A stretch of 64,000 nt of DNA, from NCBI GenBank assembly GCA_905178155.1, contig CAJINV010000004.1, forward strand, positions 2,184,391 to 2,248,390, given 5' to 3'. The notes under the pieces were generated by a model, which was not told the origin of the DNA, searched no databases, and saw nothing but the letters and a program-made list of their open reading frames with translations. The position numbers and the translations under genes are program-made. Of this stretch, positions 34,806-50,000 are shown one piece after another (position 1 is the stretch's first letter; every line of letters begins with the position of its first letter). Source of the stretch: Amoebophrya sp. A120 (Eukaryota > Protista > Dinoflagellata).

Positions 34806-35658
34806 GAGTCATTCCGCGGTTCGGAATTCGATCGGCGCGTGTAGAATTTTGGAAGAAGTTGCAGAACTGCATTGTAAAATTGCGAACAGGTCGTGGTTGT
34901 AATTATTGATACGCGAACGCTGAGCTGCAAACGAACATTTCTCGATTTGAAGACGTGGCAAGAACTTTTCTTTGCGCTGTGCTCGTGAAGGATTTAGATA
35001 GTAGAAACGCTAGTCGAAAACAAGTCAGCCAACAATCTACGATCGGTCAGAGTTGTAGTGCGTGTACTGACGAGCTTTTGATTTTGTTTCTTCACGACAG
35101 CTTTCTCTTACCTTTTGACCAGAACTTCTGAGATGGTGCTGGTGCTCTGCTGCACAGGTTCCCAGTAATTTTGATTTACCTCCACACTGTCACTCCCAGC
35201 AATAATGAATCATCAACTTGATGAAGGTGTGCTTTACAATCCTAAAATCGTGCCCAGACAGGGAAATGCCACAACCACTAGTCGATGAGGACTTGTTCAT
35301 CGCAAAAAGTAAGATTTTGCTACTCGAAAAAACATCATTCCGGAAGAAGCATAGGCAGAAAGTACTATTTCTGCTAGCCTGCATGATGTTCTCATCTCTC
35401 GAAGGTGGATGTTTTACATCAAAAGGCACTGCCACGGCATGCACCAGGGAGAAGAGGACAATCAAAATAAATGCAGCGGCGCTTCTGGAGGCCGTGCGGG
35501 AAGGAAAGCCCAGCTCGACATGTGCAAAGCAAGCCAACAACGCTAATAATGATTTCGCGAGCAATTGCTGCAGACCACAACTGTAAGATTTTTTACGGGT
35601 TTTTGGCCGCGTTAATATTCCCTTGTCACGACCCGTGTAAAAAGCGTCGAAAAGCAAC

Positions 35659-38600
35659 ATGGATTTTTTGAAAGCGCTGACCTTCAGCCGCGAGGGCTGT
35701 TTTGAGCCTGAGCTGGCGAAGGCCGACCTGTGCTTCACACTGCACGAAATTCGCGGCGTGAAGCTGGACTCCGGGGAGATTTTGTGCTGCTCTGCCCAGG
35801 TGGTGCCAACGCGGACGAATCTGGCAACCACTACGCAACATCAAAGCACGAGGACTTCTGGCAGAAGGGAACACAGCACTACGACAGGCAGCTATCAAGT
35901 AAACTACGACTACACCAACGCAGAAACCGACCACGACCACGGGGAGCTGCACCAAGCAGCTGGCACGAAAGTGCTGTGCAATGTGTCCGAGCAGTGCCTG
36001 CTCAAGACGGTGCCGCTGGACGCCACGCTGTTCCTGCACGTTTGGGCTGGAAATTCGATCCGAGAGGTCGAGGAGATGGCGTTCGCCGGTGGTGGAGCGG
36101 CAGGAGCAGGAGCGGGTTCGTCTTCGTCGTCCGCTAGTACCGCCGCGGGCGCTTCGAGCGGCGGTTTCAGTCCCGCGACGCGCAACCTGAATTCCGCGGG
36201 TGGAGGACTTCCACCCCCAACGGTCGGGCGGCCGAACCCGGGCGGCTTCGCGGTGGCGAAGAACGCGGTGCCGGGCAAATCAGCGAGAAGTGGTTCCCAA
36301 GCGCGCTTCATCGGGGAGGTGCGGATCCCGATGGCAGCACTGGCCAGGCCGCAGGAGCGCGGCGCAAATATATCCTGAGTAAAAACGTACCCACACCAGA
36401 GTCAAGATGGGGATTTTGCAACACAAACCTAGGAGTTTTGGGAGTCACGCATGACAAGTTTCAGTCCGTAAGGTAGTGCAAGTTAGCAAGGAAAGCCGCA
36501 TCACAAATCGACCTGCTGATCCTGTTCACAGCATCACAAATTCCAAAACACGATTGGAAATGGCTCTCATGGGGATGCGCATCACAAATGTCTTTGTCAT
36601 TGCAAATCTGCATTAGGTACGTTTTTACTCAGGACAAAATACCGCCGAAATTCTCTACTACGCGTGGCTGCAGTTGGATACCATGGCGGATTACGCAAGG
36701 GGACAAGAACCACTTATTACCCTCATTTGCCAACAAGAATGAAACGCAAAATCGTATCTGGCTCACCTTGTGGCCGTCGCTGTACTACGGCAGGTGTTGG
36801 AATGAGTAGCTCAAAGAAGTGCTCCTGCAGGACAGGCCAGGCGTGGGTATTTGTCATGCAGGTCCTTGAACTTCTACGGTGTAGAAGTTTTTGGGATCAT
36901 GGAGTTGTTTGTATTGCTACACAGACTTTGCGGCTTGATGAGGGGGAGGAAGGTGTTGTCCACTGTCATACGGACACGGTGCCCAACATCGGCGGGAACA
37001 GTGACCAGGATATTTTTCAGCAGGCACTGTACGCAGGACCGCGGAACGCAGCCATGCCAAAAATCTGCGTGTCACTTTGCAAGGACGGCGAAAGGAACAA
37101 ATTTCCGCTGCGGAAAGAGGTTCGTATACTATTTTCTGCATACGGGTTGATTTTTTGCTTTCTCTTCCAGGGGGCATACGCATAGGCACACAAATAACTT
37201 TACTCGAAGTATTCTAAGTGTGCAAGATGAAGATTTAGTCCATATATTCAAATCTGAAAACACAAACACTGAAAACGTCGCATGAAATTCGAAAAAGAAA
37301 ATACAGGAAGAGGACGCTGGTTTCCGTAGCCGCACGTGGCAAGCGTTGTTGAAGTCCCACCAGCAGCATCTCACTCTGGTCCACGCTCTTGACGTGTTGG
37401 ATAGTTCGTCCGGCGAGCAGAGTATGTGGATTGAATAAAACTAACGCTCTCGTCACCCCAAAGTCACTCAAGATGGGAAAAATTGTGCAAGACATCAAGT
37501 CCAGAACAGCTTTTGGCACTCCCACATGGGACTTGCAGCGTACTGTCGTACTACAATCCAGCTAGTCCAGACGCATCGCAAATCCGCCTTATTTTTCTCC
37601 AGACATTTTTCGCCGTGCAGGACGTCAGAATAAACACCACTAGAAAAGAAATGCCTCTCAACATAATTTTTGAGAGCCGGCGCATGAACAGAAACCACAT
37701 CCTTAGCTGCACGCAAATTATTTGCATATCATGACATCAAGGCTGGGGCCCTCGTGAAGACGTTTTATTTACTCAGGATACGAAAGAGGGAAAAGTTAGC
37801 CGAAGAGCTGGACCGAGCGAGCCACAAAGTTTCCCTCTTGTCCAATATTGTGGAGGAGCAGAAGCGCGAAATGAAGCTGTTGCAAAGCAAAATGGCGGAT
37901 ACCATATCAAATGTAAAAGTGTCTGGGTCTGGAAGAATGCAACTTGTGATGCTGCATTTGGATTCCAAAAAAATCTGTATTGCATGAGTACCAAAGGGAA
38001 TACAATTTTTGCTACGCTGAGAAGGCATTTGTCATGCGGAATAGGGGCCCCGACTCATGTTGCATGTTGTAGCTGCCCTGCGCCGCGGCCCTTTCGTTGC
38101 GCCTTCTATCACCACTCCAGTCTCGAAAGGCCTACTTCTGTATGACAAGCGCTTTAGCTGCAGCGCTAGTGGCTATCCTTAACCTTATGCCATCTTAACT
38201 TACGACTTTACTTTACTTTGTTTTGATGTTTCCTTTATGATGATGATGATGATGATGATGCTTAAGCTATGGCTGATTGTTTTATTTTTCATTAAGAGGC
38301 CTTCGCGCCACCCGGACGTCCTGCCGGTAGACCACCAATGTCATGCGGAATAGGCATCAAGAGGCCCTCAGAAAATCTGTATTGCTAGGGTATGCATCAC
38401 AGACATCATGGCTCATGCAAAACGCGCATGACAAGCGTCAGAATCTTCCAGACCCAGACATTTTTGCATTTGATATACCATGCAGAGCCACGATTTGAAG
38501 GAACAGGAGCTGCACGCCCGGGCGCTTACCGCGGAAAGTATTCTGTGCAAAAGTATCGTACTCGTATTGCAGTCATGCATTACAAATCTTGTTCTTAAGG

Positions 38601-39697
38601 TAAATCAGCAGCACAAATTTCATTTCTCATGCTGAGGAAATTCGTAATGCATTTGTACGAGTGCGATACTTTTGCATTTCATAGAAAGGGGGCAGGAGCA
38701 ACTGCAGGGGGAGCTGGACGTAAGGGAGGAAGTTTTTCATCATGTAGTAGTTCAAAAATCTACAGAAGTTTCCTGTAAGTAATCCTTAGCTAAAATTTTC
38801 ATTTCCCACTCTCTGCATTAAGTGAAAAGCGCCAGAAGCACTACGTACCAGTTGAAAATATGGTGCACCAGCGAATTGCGAAAGGGAAAGCCACAACTAC
38901 TTCTTACTTTATGCAAACGTTACTAAACAGCAAACCCTGTCGAGCCTCCACACGAACAAGGAAGAGGAGGTGAAGCGGCTAAAGTTGTTGAGCCAAAACC
39001 TTTATGTATTGCAAAAATGTAGTCTGGGTCTGGAAGAATGCAGGAGTTTGTCATGCAGATTTTGCATGACCCATAGGGTCTGTGATGCCTGCCCTAGCAT
39101 CGCAGAGATTCTGCGAGGGCTTTCTGATGCTCCTACCGCATGAGAAATGCCCTCTCCGCATAGCAAAAATCGGACCTCTTTTGCTGTTCATGCAAGACAG
39201 ATTCATTGTAGAATCCAAATTAATGCAGCATCACAAGTTCCATCCTTCCAGACCCAGACATATTTGCATTTCATAACCTCCAGATGCAGCTGGACCAGTC
39301 GAAAGAGGACGAAAAATCCACGTTGCGAAAGTTCAACTCCAAAATTGAGGACTCCAACAAGATGATTATGGCCCTGAAAGACGAAAAGGAAGAAGCGGTC
39401 CGGCGGATCGAGACACTGCAGCTGGATTGGAAAAGCGAAAAGGTAGAAATAGCGAAGGAGAGCGAGCAGTTGAAGGCTGATAAAGCAGAACTGGAGAATT
39501 TGTTGGCCGAGAGGCAAAGGGAGTTCGAGAAAACGCACAAGGAGCAGCGGGACCGGATCACCGCGCTGTCCGCCGCGAAAGCGGAATTGCTGAAGATGAT
39601 GGAACAAATTTACGACACTGCGCCGGAGCAGAATGGGGGCGTGGTTGCCACCTTGGACCGGACGAGCCTGGACGCATTCCACGCGAAGTGGAGCTGA
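35659..39697 (+). CDS. Hypothetical protein: C2-like N-terminal domain plus long C-terminal coiled coil; ~7 introns
   Basis: FTLHEIRGV...FIGEVRIPMAAL; E/K/Q-rich heptad exons. TIR introns include 36371-36636, 37905-38475, 38539-38683. Middle exon joins not fully resolved. Confidence 0.5.
38046..38338. mobile_element. 293-bp insertion nested inside an introner, flanked by a 16-bp direct repeat
   Basis: TGTCATGCGGAATAGG at 38030-38045 and 38339-38354; contains a (GAT)n tract. Confidence 0.8.
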
Positions 39698-41077
39698 CGG
39701 TCGGTTTGTTCTTCGATGCGGTGTATGCATTTTTGCAAAAAAGTATGATGTTATCATGTTCATACCAACAGCGGGCAGCTTTTGCCGTTCTTCGTCCTGG
39801 AGAATTTCATCTTGCGAAATCATCTTCCACATGTCGCATCTTACAAACATAAGCTCCCCGCTTTCCTCCAGACCCAGGTCGATGTTTGCAATGCATACCG
39901 TGTTTCTACTTCTTGCTATTTCTATTGGAAGATCATTCTGACTTTCCTCGCTGCAAATTGCAAGATAAGTACTTAGTACCAGGAACAAGAACGCGATGTT
40001 GAAAGATGTAAAAGTAAGTAAAAACGTGGTTAATACGATTAGAAAAGTACTACGCTTGAATTCCGTTTCGAAGGTTTCAAAGTCAAGCAATGATAAGTAT
40101 CTATTCATCCTCGCTGGTAGGACACACTACAGCAGGGTATTGTGGTAGACCACGTTTTCGACCGTGTTGCGCACGTGACGTCGAGAGGTCACTGTTCTAA
40201 ATGGTCGTCGGTGGCAGAATTTATTGCTGCGCCAGTGCTTCATCTCTTCGCAAATAGCTACTAATTGCACTAGTGCATCATGTCTTCCAAAGAAAATAAG
40301 TAGTAAGCTCTCTATGGAGTGTAGCTAAGGCAGAAGATCATGATAAACTCCGTGCGGCACTAGCTGCCTTCCAGTCACGCTCCTGTAGATGATCAAGGCA
40401 TCGATCATGGTTTTGTTGTCCTCGCCAGGATCTTCTAGCCTCTGATGGTTCATTTTTTGATCGGTTTAACAATACCACGTAGGTTTTATTTACAACTCGT
40501 CGTGACGAAGATGGAGTCAGTTGTTTCTATTTTGAGATTCTTCGTTGCTGTTAGTTTCCACATAGCATCAGGTCGTGTAATACTAGCAGTAGTCGGTTAG
40601 AAGGTCGTGTCCGGCGTGAAATTTTTTTTTTGATGTTTTTCATCTGCGACTTAATATTTTCTGGTCTCGATCCTCGCTTACGTTTTGCGGATCCGTGCTG
40701 TCTCGAACTCGAACTCTAATATGCGGCTGAAGATCCACCGGTTTTATTTCCCTTCTACTACTTAGCCCAGAGATTCATAAATGCGGAGATAAGTTGTACA
40801 AGAACTTATTCCGGCGTTCACACTTTTTAATTTACTGATAGACCACCTGCTCCCCGCGAAGGCAGAAGGGCTGCAGAAGCAATGAATTTAGTGTGTGTAT
40901 GGCGGTGCTTATGGCGGTGCTGCCATGTAATTCACTTAGGACTTGGTGATTTTTGAATTGAGCTGCCAATTCCATTGAGAAAGCCTCTTGATTCAAACTC
41001 CTCCCGCTGGTATTTATTTGGGACGCAGCCGCAACTTGATAAGCATTGAAGAAAGTGTAAATTTCAGTAAAAATTTT

Positions 41078-44000
41078 ATGCACGCAGCTATGCCGTCCTC
41101 GCCCCTCTCCCCCCGGCAGCCGGGCCGCGGGTTTTACTCCGATAACGGTTTTAGTTCGGACGGGGCGGCGCCGCTGAACCTCGAAAAGGAAGATCTGTGT
41201 GCGGGGATCTACGACAATGATTCGGTGGGCGACCTGGGCTCACCAGCGCATGAAGTAGGTCTGCGGTTACTACGGAAGAATACTGTTGCCAGTGGAGCGA
41301 CGTGTCCTCATGATGCACAACCTCCGCCGCGTGGTTTAATATTTCACGGTGCGGTGGGTAGTTCTGGATCGAGTGGGCGGGGAGAAGTTTTACCATCGCC
41401 GATGAACATAATTCCAGTGCCGAATCAAGTTAGTGGTCCACCCGTTTTTACAGCAGCAGCTGCGCTAGGTCGTGATAGAGGTACCTCACTTGCAGTTTCG
41501 AACAGCTCCGGGGACATCAATATAATTCCAAAGAGCTACATCAATGTGCAGACGAAGAAAGTTTTGGCGACCTCCACACCGAGAACTGAAGGCCCAACGA
41601 TTTTTTTGGATGCTGCAAATAGACCCGGGGACAGCACGACGACAGTGAGAACCGCGAAGACCGCGGATTATACGAACGATCTCCACGATGGGAGTTTTTC
41701 CCAGGACCGGCGACATATTGGAAAACTTACAGAACGGGATGACGGTGCGAAGAAAAATGCGGAAAAGATTATCTCCTCCGGCAAACAAGAACCTCGAAAA
41801 GCCGGAGCAGCAGAGGTGTTGCGTGTTGAAGCCGGGCCGACGGCATCTTCGAAGCCCAAGCCGAAGTATCGCGGGAGAACCCGCCACGCCCCGTTGCAAG
41901 GAGGGGTTATCACGGTGCACAGTTGGAGGTCCCCCCCGTTCTCATTGCATCTCATGCATACAATGCCACTTCCTTTTCTCTTGATATCGCTACATGAAGA
42001 GAGTTATTTTTTCGCCTTCGTCCGGAAGTAGTAAGCAGACCAAACAGCGCTACTACTAGAACCGGTTGTCAATGTGTGACGCAAGAAAATGTAATAGCTG
42101 CATATCTTTGCATGAGCTTACTATGCTGCTGTGGATGTTCTTGCCAACATGTAATACATGAGGGGGGCGAGGATTCATTTGTGCACTCGGATAGGAGCGG
42201 ACAGTGGTTTCGAAAATGACGACCACACGGTAGTTCTTCCTCCCAACACGACCAGTTGTTTCGAAAAGGAGACATCAACCGTAGAAGTCCCCCCCCGCCC
42301 CACCTACCCAACGGTTTTTGCGGCCGGTAGAAAGCGGGGTCCTGGCCGCCGCGCGGGGACTTCTCGAGAAACAGTTGCGAGGCCCGCGACGAGCTGGGAC
42401 GGCCGTCGTTCCTCTTGCTACAACCCCGGAGCGCCGCGTAGTACTATCATTTGTAAAAACGTCCCCACCCCAGAGTCAAGATGGGGATTTTGCAACACAA
42501 ACCTTAAAGTTTTGGGAGCCACGCATGACAAGTTGCAGGCTGTGATATAATGCAGTTTAGCAAGAGAAGCCCCATAAGAAATCCAGCTCCTTATCCTGTT
42601 CACAGCATTACAAGTTCCAAAACACGATGGGAAATGCCTCTCATGGGGATGCGCATTACAAATGCTCTTGTGCTTGCAGATCTGCATGACAACTCTGGGC
42701 TGGGGATGTTTTTGCACAGGATAAGTACTAGCGGAGGTTCTTGTACCACTAGTACATTTATTTCGCGGCCGGGGCACGAGCGGGTGGTCGCAGTGGAAGA
42801 GCAGCAGGAGGAGGAGCTGATGTCTCGCCGGGGGGCAGGATCTTCGTCTTCATCATCTTCCTTCAACGGCAGGGACGACGGGCCAGTTGTCTTGCCACCT
42901 GAAGAAAAGACGAACCTCAGTCAAGAAGAACGTAGGACCTCCGCGGGAGATCGTGAAGATACGTGTGTCATCGAAACCGCCGCGGGACGAGGCGTACCAC
43001 TGCAACCGTCACCAGCGTCAACCGCGGCGTTAGAGGGTGCGCAGCAGCAGGAGCTTTGTAGAAGAACCGCGAGAAGAACAACTACATCGTCGATATTAAT
43101 TAGTACACGACCGGCTACAACAACTACACAAAACAGTCCGGTAACCACCACCACGACTGCCGCTGCGAGCAGTAGCCAGGACGACAACACGACACGGGTG
43201 GAAGGGGGACGAAGTGGTCGGAAACAAGCTGTGGCCGCTGAACTGTCGCCGGCGAGGACCACTTTGGAAGTAGATGCGGGTGGCGCACCGACGGTCGGGG
43301 CTGTGGTGCCGGCGGACCAAATTCCCGTGGCCATGAGTCCGGAAGAAGATGAAAAACTCTTGTCGGGGCCTATAGATGTCGGAGAGACTATGACTACCAC
43401 CGCGCCCACGATACGAGCCCCATTTCTGTCGCCAAAGTGCGAGCAGCATGCAGGGGACCATGTTGCGCCACAGCACGCTGGATCAACCACTGCTAAAAGT
43501 ATCGAATGTGATGAAAATACAGATCCTAGAGCGAATGTGAGTGGTGCTGGAGCAGGGACTAATATGTCGAAACAAGAACACAAGTTCATGACGAAGCACG
43601 AGCTTCACGCGACGCCAAACACCCCTACGCATAACAACCTTTGTTCCACCACCTGTATGGCAGCGTCAGGTTCGAAATCAACAAAGTTCAAATGATTTGT
43701 CATGCATATGATATCCTCGATGACAGTGGATGTGGGACCCGCAGTTTCCAGTCGGCGCTTGACAAGTTTTGGCATTACTAGCATAATTTCACGCAAAGCA
43801 AATCGTTTCAACATTTAGGCGATTTCAAACCTGCTACTCCCATAAGCTCCGAAAAAGAGTTCAACGCGGTGCAACGCTGCAGGGATCGGCTATTGGAGCA
43901 TAGTGGGTACGACATTTACCTGTCTCGGAACGTATCAAATGTAAAAATGTCTGGGTCTGGAAGAATCCAACTTGTGATGCTGCATTTGGATTCCAAAAAA

Positions 44001-47000
44001 ATCTGTATTGCATGGGTACCAAAGGGAGTGTAATTTTTGCTACGCGGAGAGGGCATCTGTCATGCGGAATAGGCATCAAGAAGCTCTCAAAAAATCCGTT
44101 ATGCTAGGGCATGCATCACAGACATCAGGGCTCATCCAAAACGTGCATGACAAGTGTCAGAATCTTCCAGACCCAGACATTTTTACATTTGATAGAACGG
44201 CTCCATGAACGAAGCTTCCTCCGCCTCCGAGGGCATGATGAGCTGCTACGCTGAGCAAAAACGTCCTCGTGCTGATTTGCAGTCACGGGAAGACTGGTAA
44301 TGCGTATCCGCATGAGAGCGAGGCATAATTTCGTTTCTCAATCTTCATCTTGTATGCTTCGCAAACAGGATAAGAAGATGGCTTTGTGATGCGGCTACAA
44401 GACAGCGAGAAATTTGTCATGCGTATTAACTCTCAAAACTGCTGGACTTGAGTTGCCAAGATCCCTACTCGACTATGAGGTGTGCGCCCCGTTTTTTCTC
44501 AGGATAGCTGCTGTCCGGAAAACAGTCGGCTTCCGACTGATCAGTGGTCGCGGCAGCTCGCTTATCAACCGCAAATATCCCTGGATGTCTGGAAGAATGT
44601 CATCCCGGCATTCCATAGTCTTAGCCCGCGAGGTGTGCAACGCAGGAGGACCTAGCATGATGACAGATTCCGTGAGGTCTCTCTGATCATGCTCATCCCG
44701 CGTGAGAAACAACCTCCTCTCAACTTGATTAAACGTGCCCAGGTTGATTTTTGTGTGACCGAGGACAGGGCGCGTCACAAGTTTCCGAACTCTGTCTTCC
44801 AGGAGATCCAGACATATAATTTGCACTGCATATGGCCAAGATCCACGCAAAAATGTCGTCGTCCTCCACGGGCCGAGCTGGCTCGTCAACTAGCCAACCT
44901 TCCGCACATATCCTGTGTAAAGACGTCCCCACCCCAGAGTCAAGTTGGGAATTCTGCAACACAGGTCCAGAAGTTTTGGGAGTCACGCATGACAAGTTTT
45001 TCTCTGTACTGTAATGCGGGTTAGCAAGGACAACCGCATCACAAATCCATCCTGGTATCCTGTTTACAGCATCACAAATTGCATAACACGATTGAAAATG
45101 CCTCTCATGGGGATGCGCATTACAAGTTTTCCTGTGATTGTAATTCTGCATGACAACTCTGGGTTCGGGATGTTTTTGCGCAGGATAGCACAACCCTTGT
45201 CTCGAAATTTCTCGGCGGACGGCCAAAACACGAGCAGCAGCAGCGGCACCAGCGGGGGGCAAGCGTATATCAAGAACATGGAGGTAGTTGCTGGTGGTGG
45301 GCGGTCCTCTTCCAGTTCATCTGGTATTGGGGAAGGGTCCTCTTCAATCAAGGCCTCATCTCTGACCAACATCGTGCCAGCTGCAAATAACCACGGGGGT
45401 ACAGGTACAGTACCTGCCAAAGGTGCTGCTGGTGCAAGAGCGACGAATGGAAGGAGCACGATCGTCGGAAATAATAGCAGTATTAAACTTGCACCAGATC
45501 ATGATCATGCGAGGACACAGCAGGAACAAGCAGCTGTTGATTTGCAAGAACCGTTGCCGCACCAGGGCTTCTTGCTCACAAGGACCTGCAGTAAAAATAA
45601 TTCGACGTCGCCCGATGATGATCTCGAGCAGCTCCTGGAGAAAAACAAAAGCAAAAAGGCAGACCATGATCACGAGCCGCATAACGACGAAGATTCATCG
45701 CATCATGAACACCTCGCCGGCGGCCAGATGACGCCGCCGGGTCCGAGTCTTTCCAAGCCACTGGACGACCCGGGTCTTTCCGAGCGGACGAAGTTTTCGG
45801 AGGTGGTAGGTCAAGATCCTGCGGCAGCCAACCAGGAGCGACGGCGGGCGGCGGGAGGTCGAGTGGATCGCAGAAAGATGAATATGCCAGCGGCTAGTAG
45901 TGGCTCAACCACTTTGGCGGTTATCCGGGAAAATAAATCCGCCGAGCTGGTGATGCCTTCGACAACTACATCGTTTTCGGGAAACACAGGAACAGGCGCA
46001 AGGCCGCCCACACGAGGACTCCACGAGGACGAGAAACACCATGCCCATGATGCAACGTGTCTACAACTTCACCGTGGGGACAGTGGCGGATTTCGAAATT
46101 ACGGAAAAATTATGACCACATGGGGCAGAGAGGAAGAAATCCAGCTAGGACTGCCGACGTCGAGCAGCGGGACTGTGTTTATTGAAGATACTGCTGTTCC
46201 TCGTCCGCCGCAGGAAAGTTATTCTGTCCAGTGTGAAAACCAAAACAGTGCAACTGGAGCGAATAATCATGATTATCCGGAAAATAAAATAAAACAGCTC
46301 AGCGGAGAAAGAGCGCAACTACCGGGTGACGAGCCTCCTCCTGGTGGAAGTAAGTCGTCTACTGTATCACAATGAAAAATGCCCCCTCCCCATATCAAAA
46401 CGGAAATCTGTGATGCAGATTTGTGGTCACAAATCAGCTTTGTGATGCTAGAAGGCAAAAGATGCGGACTGTAGTGCTGCCTAGCGTGGGAAAGCCTTGC
46501 AGCTCCAAGATGACAGGAGGCAACTGGAAGGGGGAAACAGCATGACAGATTACCTGCAATTTAGGCCGCAGCTTCGTCTCTTGGCCTTCTAGCAATACAA
46601 GTCGACTTGTGTACTCAAATACAGCATCACAAATTCGCGCACTCCGTTTCCGTTATGGGGTGGGGACTTTTTTCACTTTGATATACTGCACCACCTCGTC
46701 CAGGCGGTTTTCAAAAAACCTCCAAGACTTCTACGACCCGCTCAAACGTTACAATCTCAAACGTTACAATAGAATTTGGGTTTTGTATATGCATGATGAG
46801 CATGAGAGACTAGGACAGCATTCCACTTTCTGCAATACAAATTTCGCCAAATTGTTGTGCGGATTGGGAGTCCAGAACTTGTCATGCGCATTCCTGTGGG
46901 AGCCGGGTAGATCTTGCACTTCTTGCAACACAAATTCCAGACTCTAGTGTAGCGTCTGAGATTGTAACACCTGAGCAGGTTATAACTTCTACGACCGCGT

Positions 47001-50000
47001 CTGTGCAACTCGACCGCGTGGCGAGCAACCTCCACATCCCCAGCCTTTCCCGCGCCAGCAAAGCGCGCGAGTTGGCCGAAACCATAGCCACGCCGCAGCA
47101 CCACAAGGAGGCGCTTTTGAGAAGTAGTTATCTTCCGATATCCTGTGTAAAAACGTCCCCACCCCATAGTCAAGATGGGGATTTTGCAACACAAACCTAG
47201 AAGTTTTGGGAATCACGCATCACAAGTTCCAGTCCGTAGTGTAGTGCAGGCTAGCAAGGACGCACGCATGACAAATCCATCTGCTTATCCTGGTTACAGC
47301 ATTACAAATGCCAAAACACGACTAGAAACGCCTCTCATGGAGATACGCATCACAAATGTTCTTGTCATTGCAAATCTGCATCACAACTCTGGGGTGGGAA
47401 CGTTTTTACAAATGGTATCCGAGGTTTGATGTTCATGGTGCTGTGGTGAATTACGCAAGTTGCCGCAGTTCCGACGAAAGGACCACTGTAGTATCCGATG
47501 CTGCGAAGGTGGAAGTAGGGGGAAGGACATGCAAGAAACCGCGGAAAAATGTTGAAACCATTTTAAACGCGAACAACAAAAACAATAATGAGCAGAGTAT
47601 TGGTTTCTTTAATACAACTGCTAACACGACAACAAGAGCTTCCACAACAACAGCCTGGAGGCAGGCGTCCAACCAGCGGCGGATGAAGAAGCGGCAAAGA
47701 TTATTAAAATGAAAAGAGCACCAGCTTCCGCTTTCCACACAGAAAGTAAATAATTTTTTTTCTTGCAAGAAACGAATGCGATGCATATTATCATGCGGCT
47801 GGTGATCGATCGCTCATAGTGTGGCGCCGTTCAGCAACTACACAGACTTGCGCTAATCCGGCTGGGAATTATAAACAAGTTGTTGAAATAAAGCTGGGTG
47901 CCGGCATCAAGTGTTTACTTATTCCAGTAGGATGAACTTTTGCAAAAATCAGTATCAGAACACTTCCACACTCGCCGATTGATCGTGGGGGCGCTTTTCG
48001 TTGTGATAGAGTTCTGGCTACTGTGCGGACAATGATATCCGGGTTTCATCGAAGAGGAGCAAGAAAAGCGGCAGTCTCCTACTTTCTATGCCGGAAACGA
48101 CAGCAGGGGCGGCGGAGGCAGCCACGGGGGTGGAGGAAGGAGCTGCATCTGTGGAGATGAAGGATGATGGACGAACCACTACAGGCTCTTGTCCAGGAAC
48201 TGCTACAGCCGAAACTCTCAAAATGGAACACGACCTGAGCTGCAACAATGTAGTTGAAGACCAACGGCGCCCAGCGCCGGTCGGACGAAACCGAGTCTCG
48301 TCGTCCCTTTGTAGAGCTCCCGTCTCCCCCACGACACTAGCTGGAAAAATGGCTGGTCCTGCTTGTTCCTCCTCCAAGCCCGGAGGTTGTCCAACATCCA
48401 AGGCGAAGCGACGTCGACGGCGGAGCAACAAATGGATGCAACGAAGGCAGCAGCGACGCGAGTTCTTGGAAAACTTTCGAGAAAATGATAAGACCGGGTG
48501 TTTTGCATCTCCCAAGCCGCCTGAAGATCATGCCGGATCATCAGCGGGTGCGGCGACCCTGGGTGACACAACCAGCCGTGTGGACAGGAGTTCATCTAGC
48601 GCTACCGCTATGCCGGACCGCGCGGCGGGGGCGCAGATGTCTTCCTCCAGTAGCTCGCGCGCAGCGGGTGGCCATCTTCATCATCATCATCATCAAGGGT
48701 GCGCAACTTCTACTTCCACTGCTGGTACAAGGTGGAATGTGAAAAAAATCTATGCGAAAATAAACGGCAAAAGACACAAAGCAGCACTCCGATACTCGCC
48801 ACCTTCCATGCTGCCAGCGAAGCAGATAACTACAGGGACAGCCACTGCGTCGGGCGGAGAAGAGGGACAACTGAAGATAAAGCGACAAAAAGGCGGACTG
48901 GTTTATGACAAGATTCTCAAACGTAATGTAAGTACCTGTTATCGATGACTTTTCATGCAATAGAACCACGATAAAGATAATTTTAATTTATCGACCAAGC
49001 TGCTTCGCATGACCAATTCCCGAAGCGCTAAACAGCATGAAAAGCCGCAACAAATCTGTAATGCAAGACACGCAAACTCTAGCTCGCCGCTTTCACTGCT
49101 GCGCCTCATGCGTCGCAAAAACATGGACTGTCACGCTTGAGAGCTCCATATAGTTCCCCGAAAGAAGGTCAGCACGGGGGCCGCGGCGCGCAAAGCGCTG
49201 GATTTTGTGTACGGTGGTGGAATTATTACTTCCAGTAGAACGGATCATGTGGAAGATACAACATCAACTGCGAGAAAGAACATTAGACAAGCAGACGATA
49301 AGGAAGCACTGTTTTCGCAAAGCCGAAATGGTATTAAACCTCCACACGTCCACGACCTCGACAATCGGTATTCCGGATCAACAACACGCGACGATTGCTT
49401 ACTGCTCGAGGCCGCAAATAAAACCCACCCGCAAAAACCGAGCGCCTTTTCGCACGCGAGGGTAACAAACAAAAATGACGACCGCGGGGAAGATCAAGAA
49501 GAACAGGAGACTACTATCGCGGACGATGAAACCACAAGTCTGTTGCGACATCATGCAGTTGATTCGTTCTTGCCCGCCCCGCCAAATGTTGAAAGTCTAT
49601 TTCCAGTACCCGAGCAGGAGCTTGATGATGAAAGAATGAACGAGAGGAGCTCGTCCTTAAAACTTCCCAGCGTCAACTTGCGTACCGCGACCAGAGACGG
49701 ACCGCAGGCCCGTTGCGGGCAGCAACGGCAGGAGCACCAGCAGAGCGTTTCATCATCTTCCCAGCAGCACTTTCTCCCGCAACAGCTCATACTGAGCGAC
49801 TCCGACACTAATTTTCAGTCTTCTTGCGGGGGCAGCAAGAAAAAGCACTTGCAGGAGCACGACGACTGCCATTATGCTTCTGGTTATGCTGTGCAGCGCA
49901 ACGCTTATAAAGTCGTGCACACGACCATCAAGGCAGCGTCCGGTGCGACCTCGGAGGCCGGGTTCTGCACGGCCTTGTCCTCCTGCGAATCAACCGCCGG

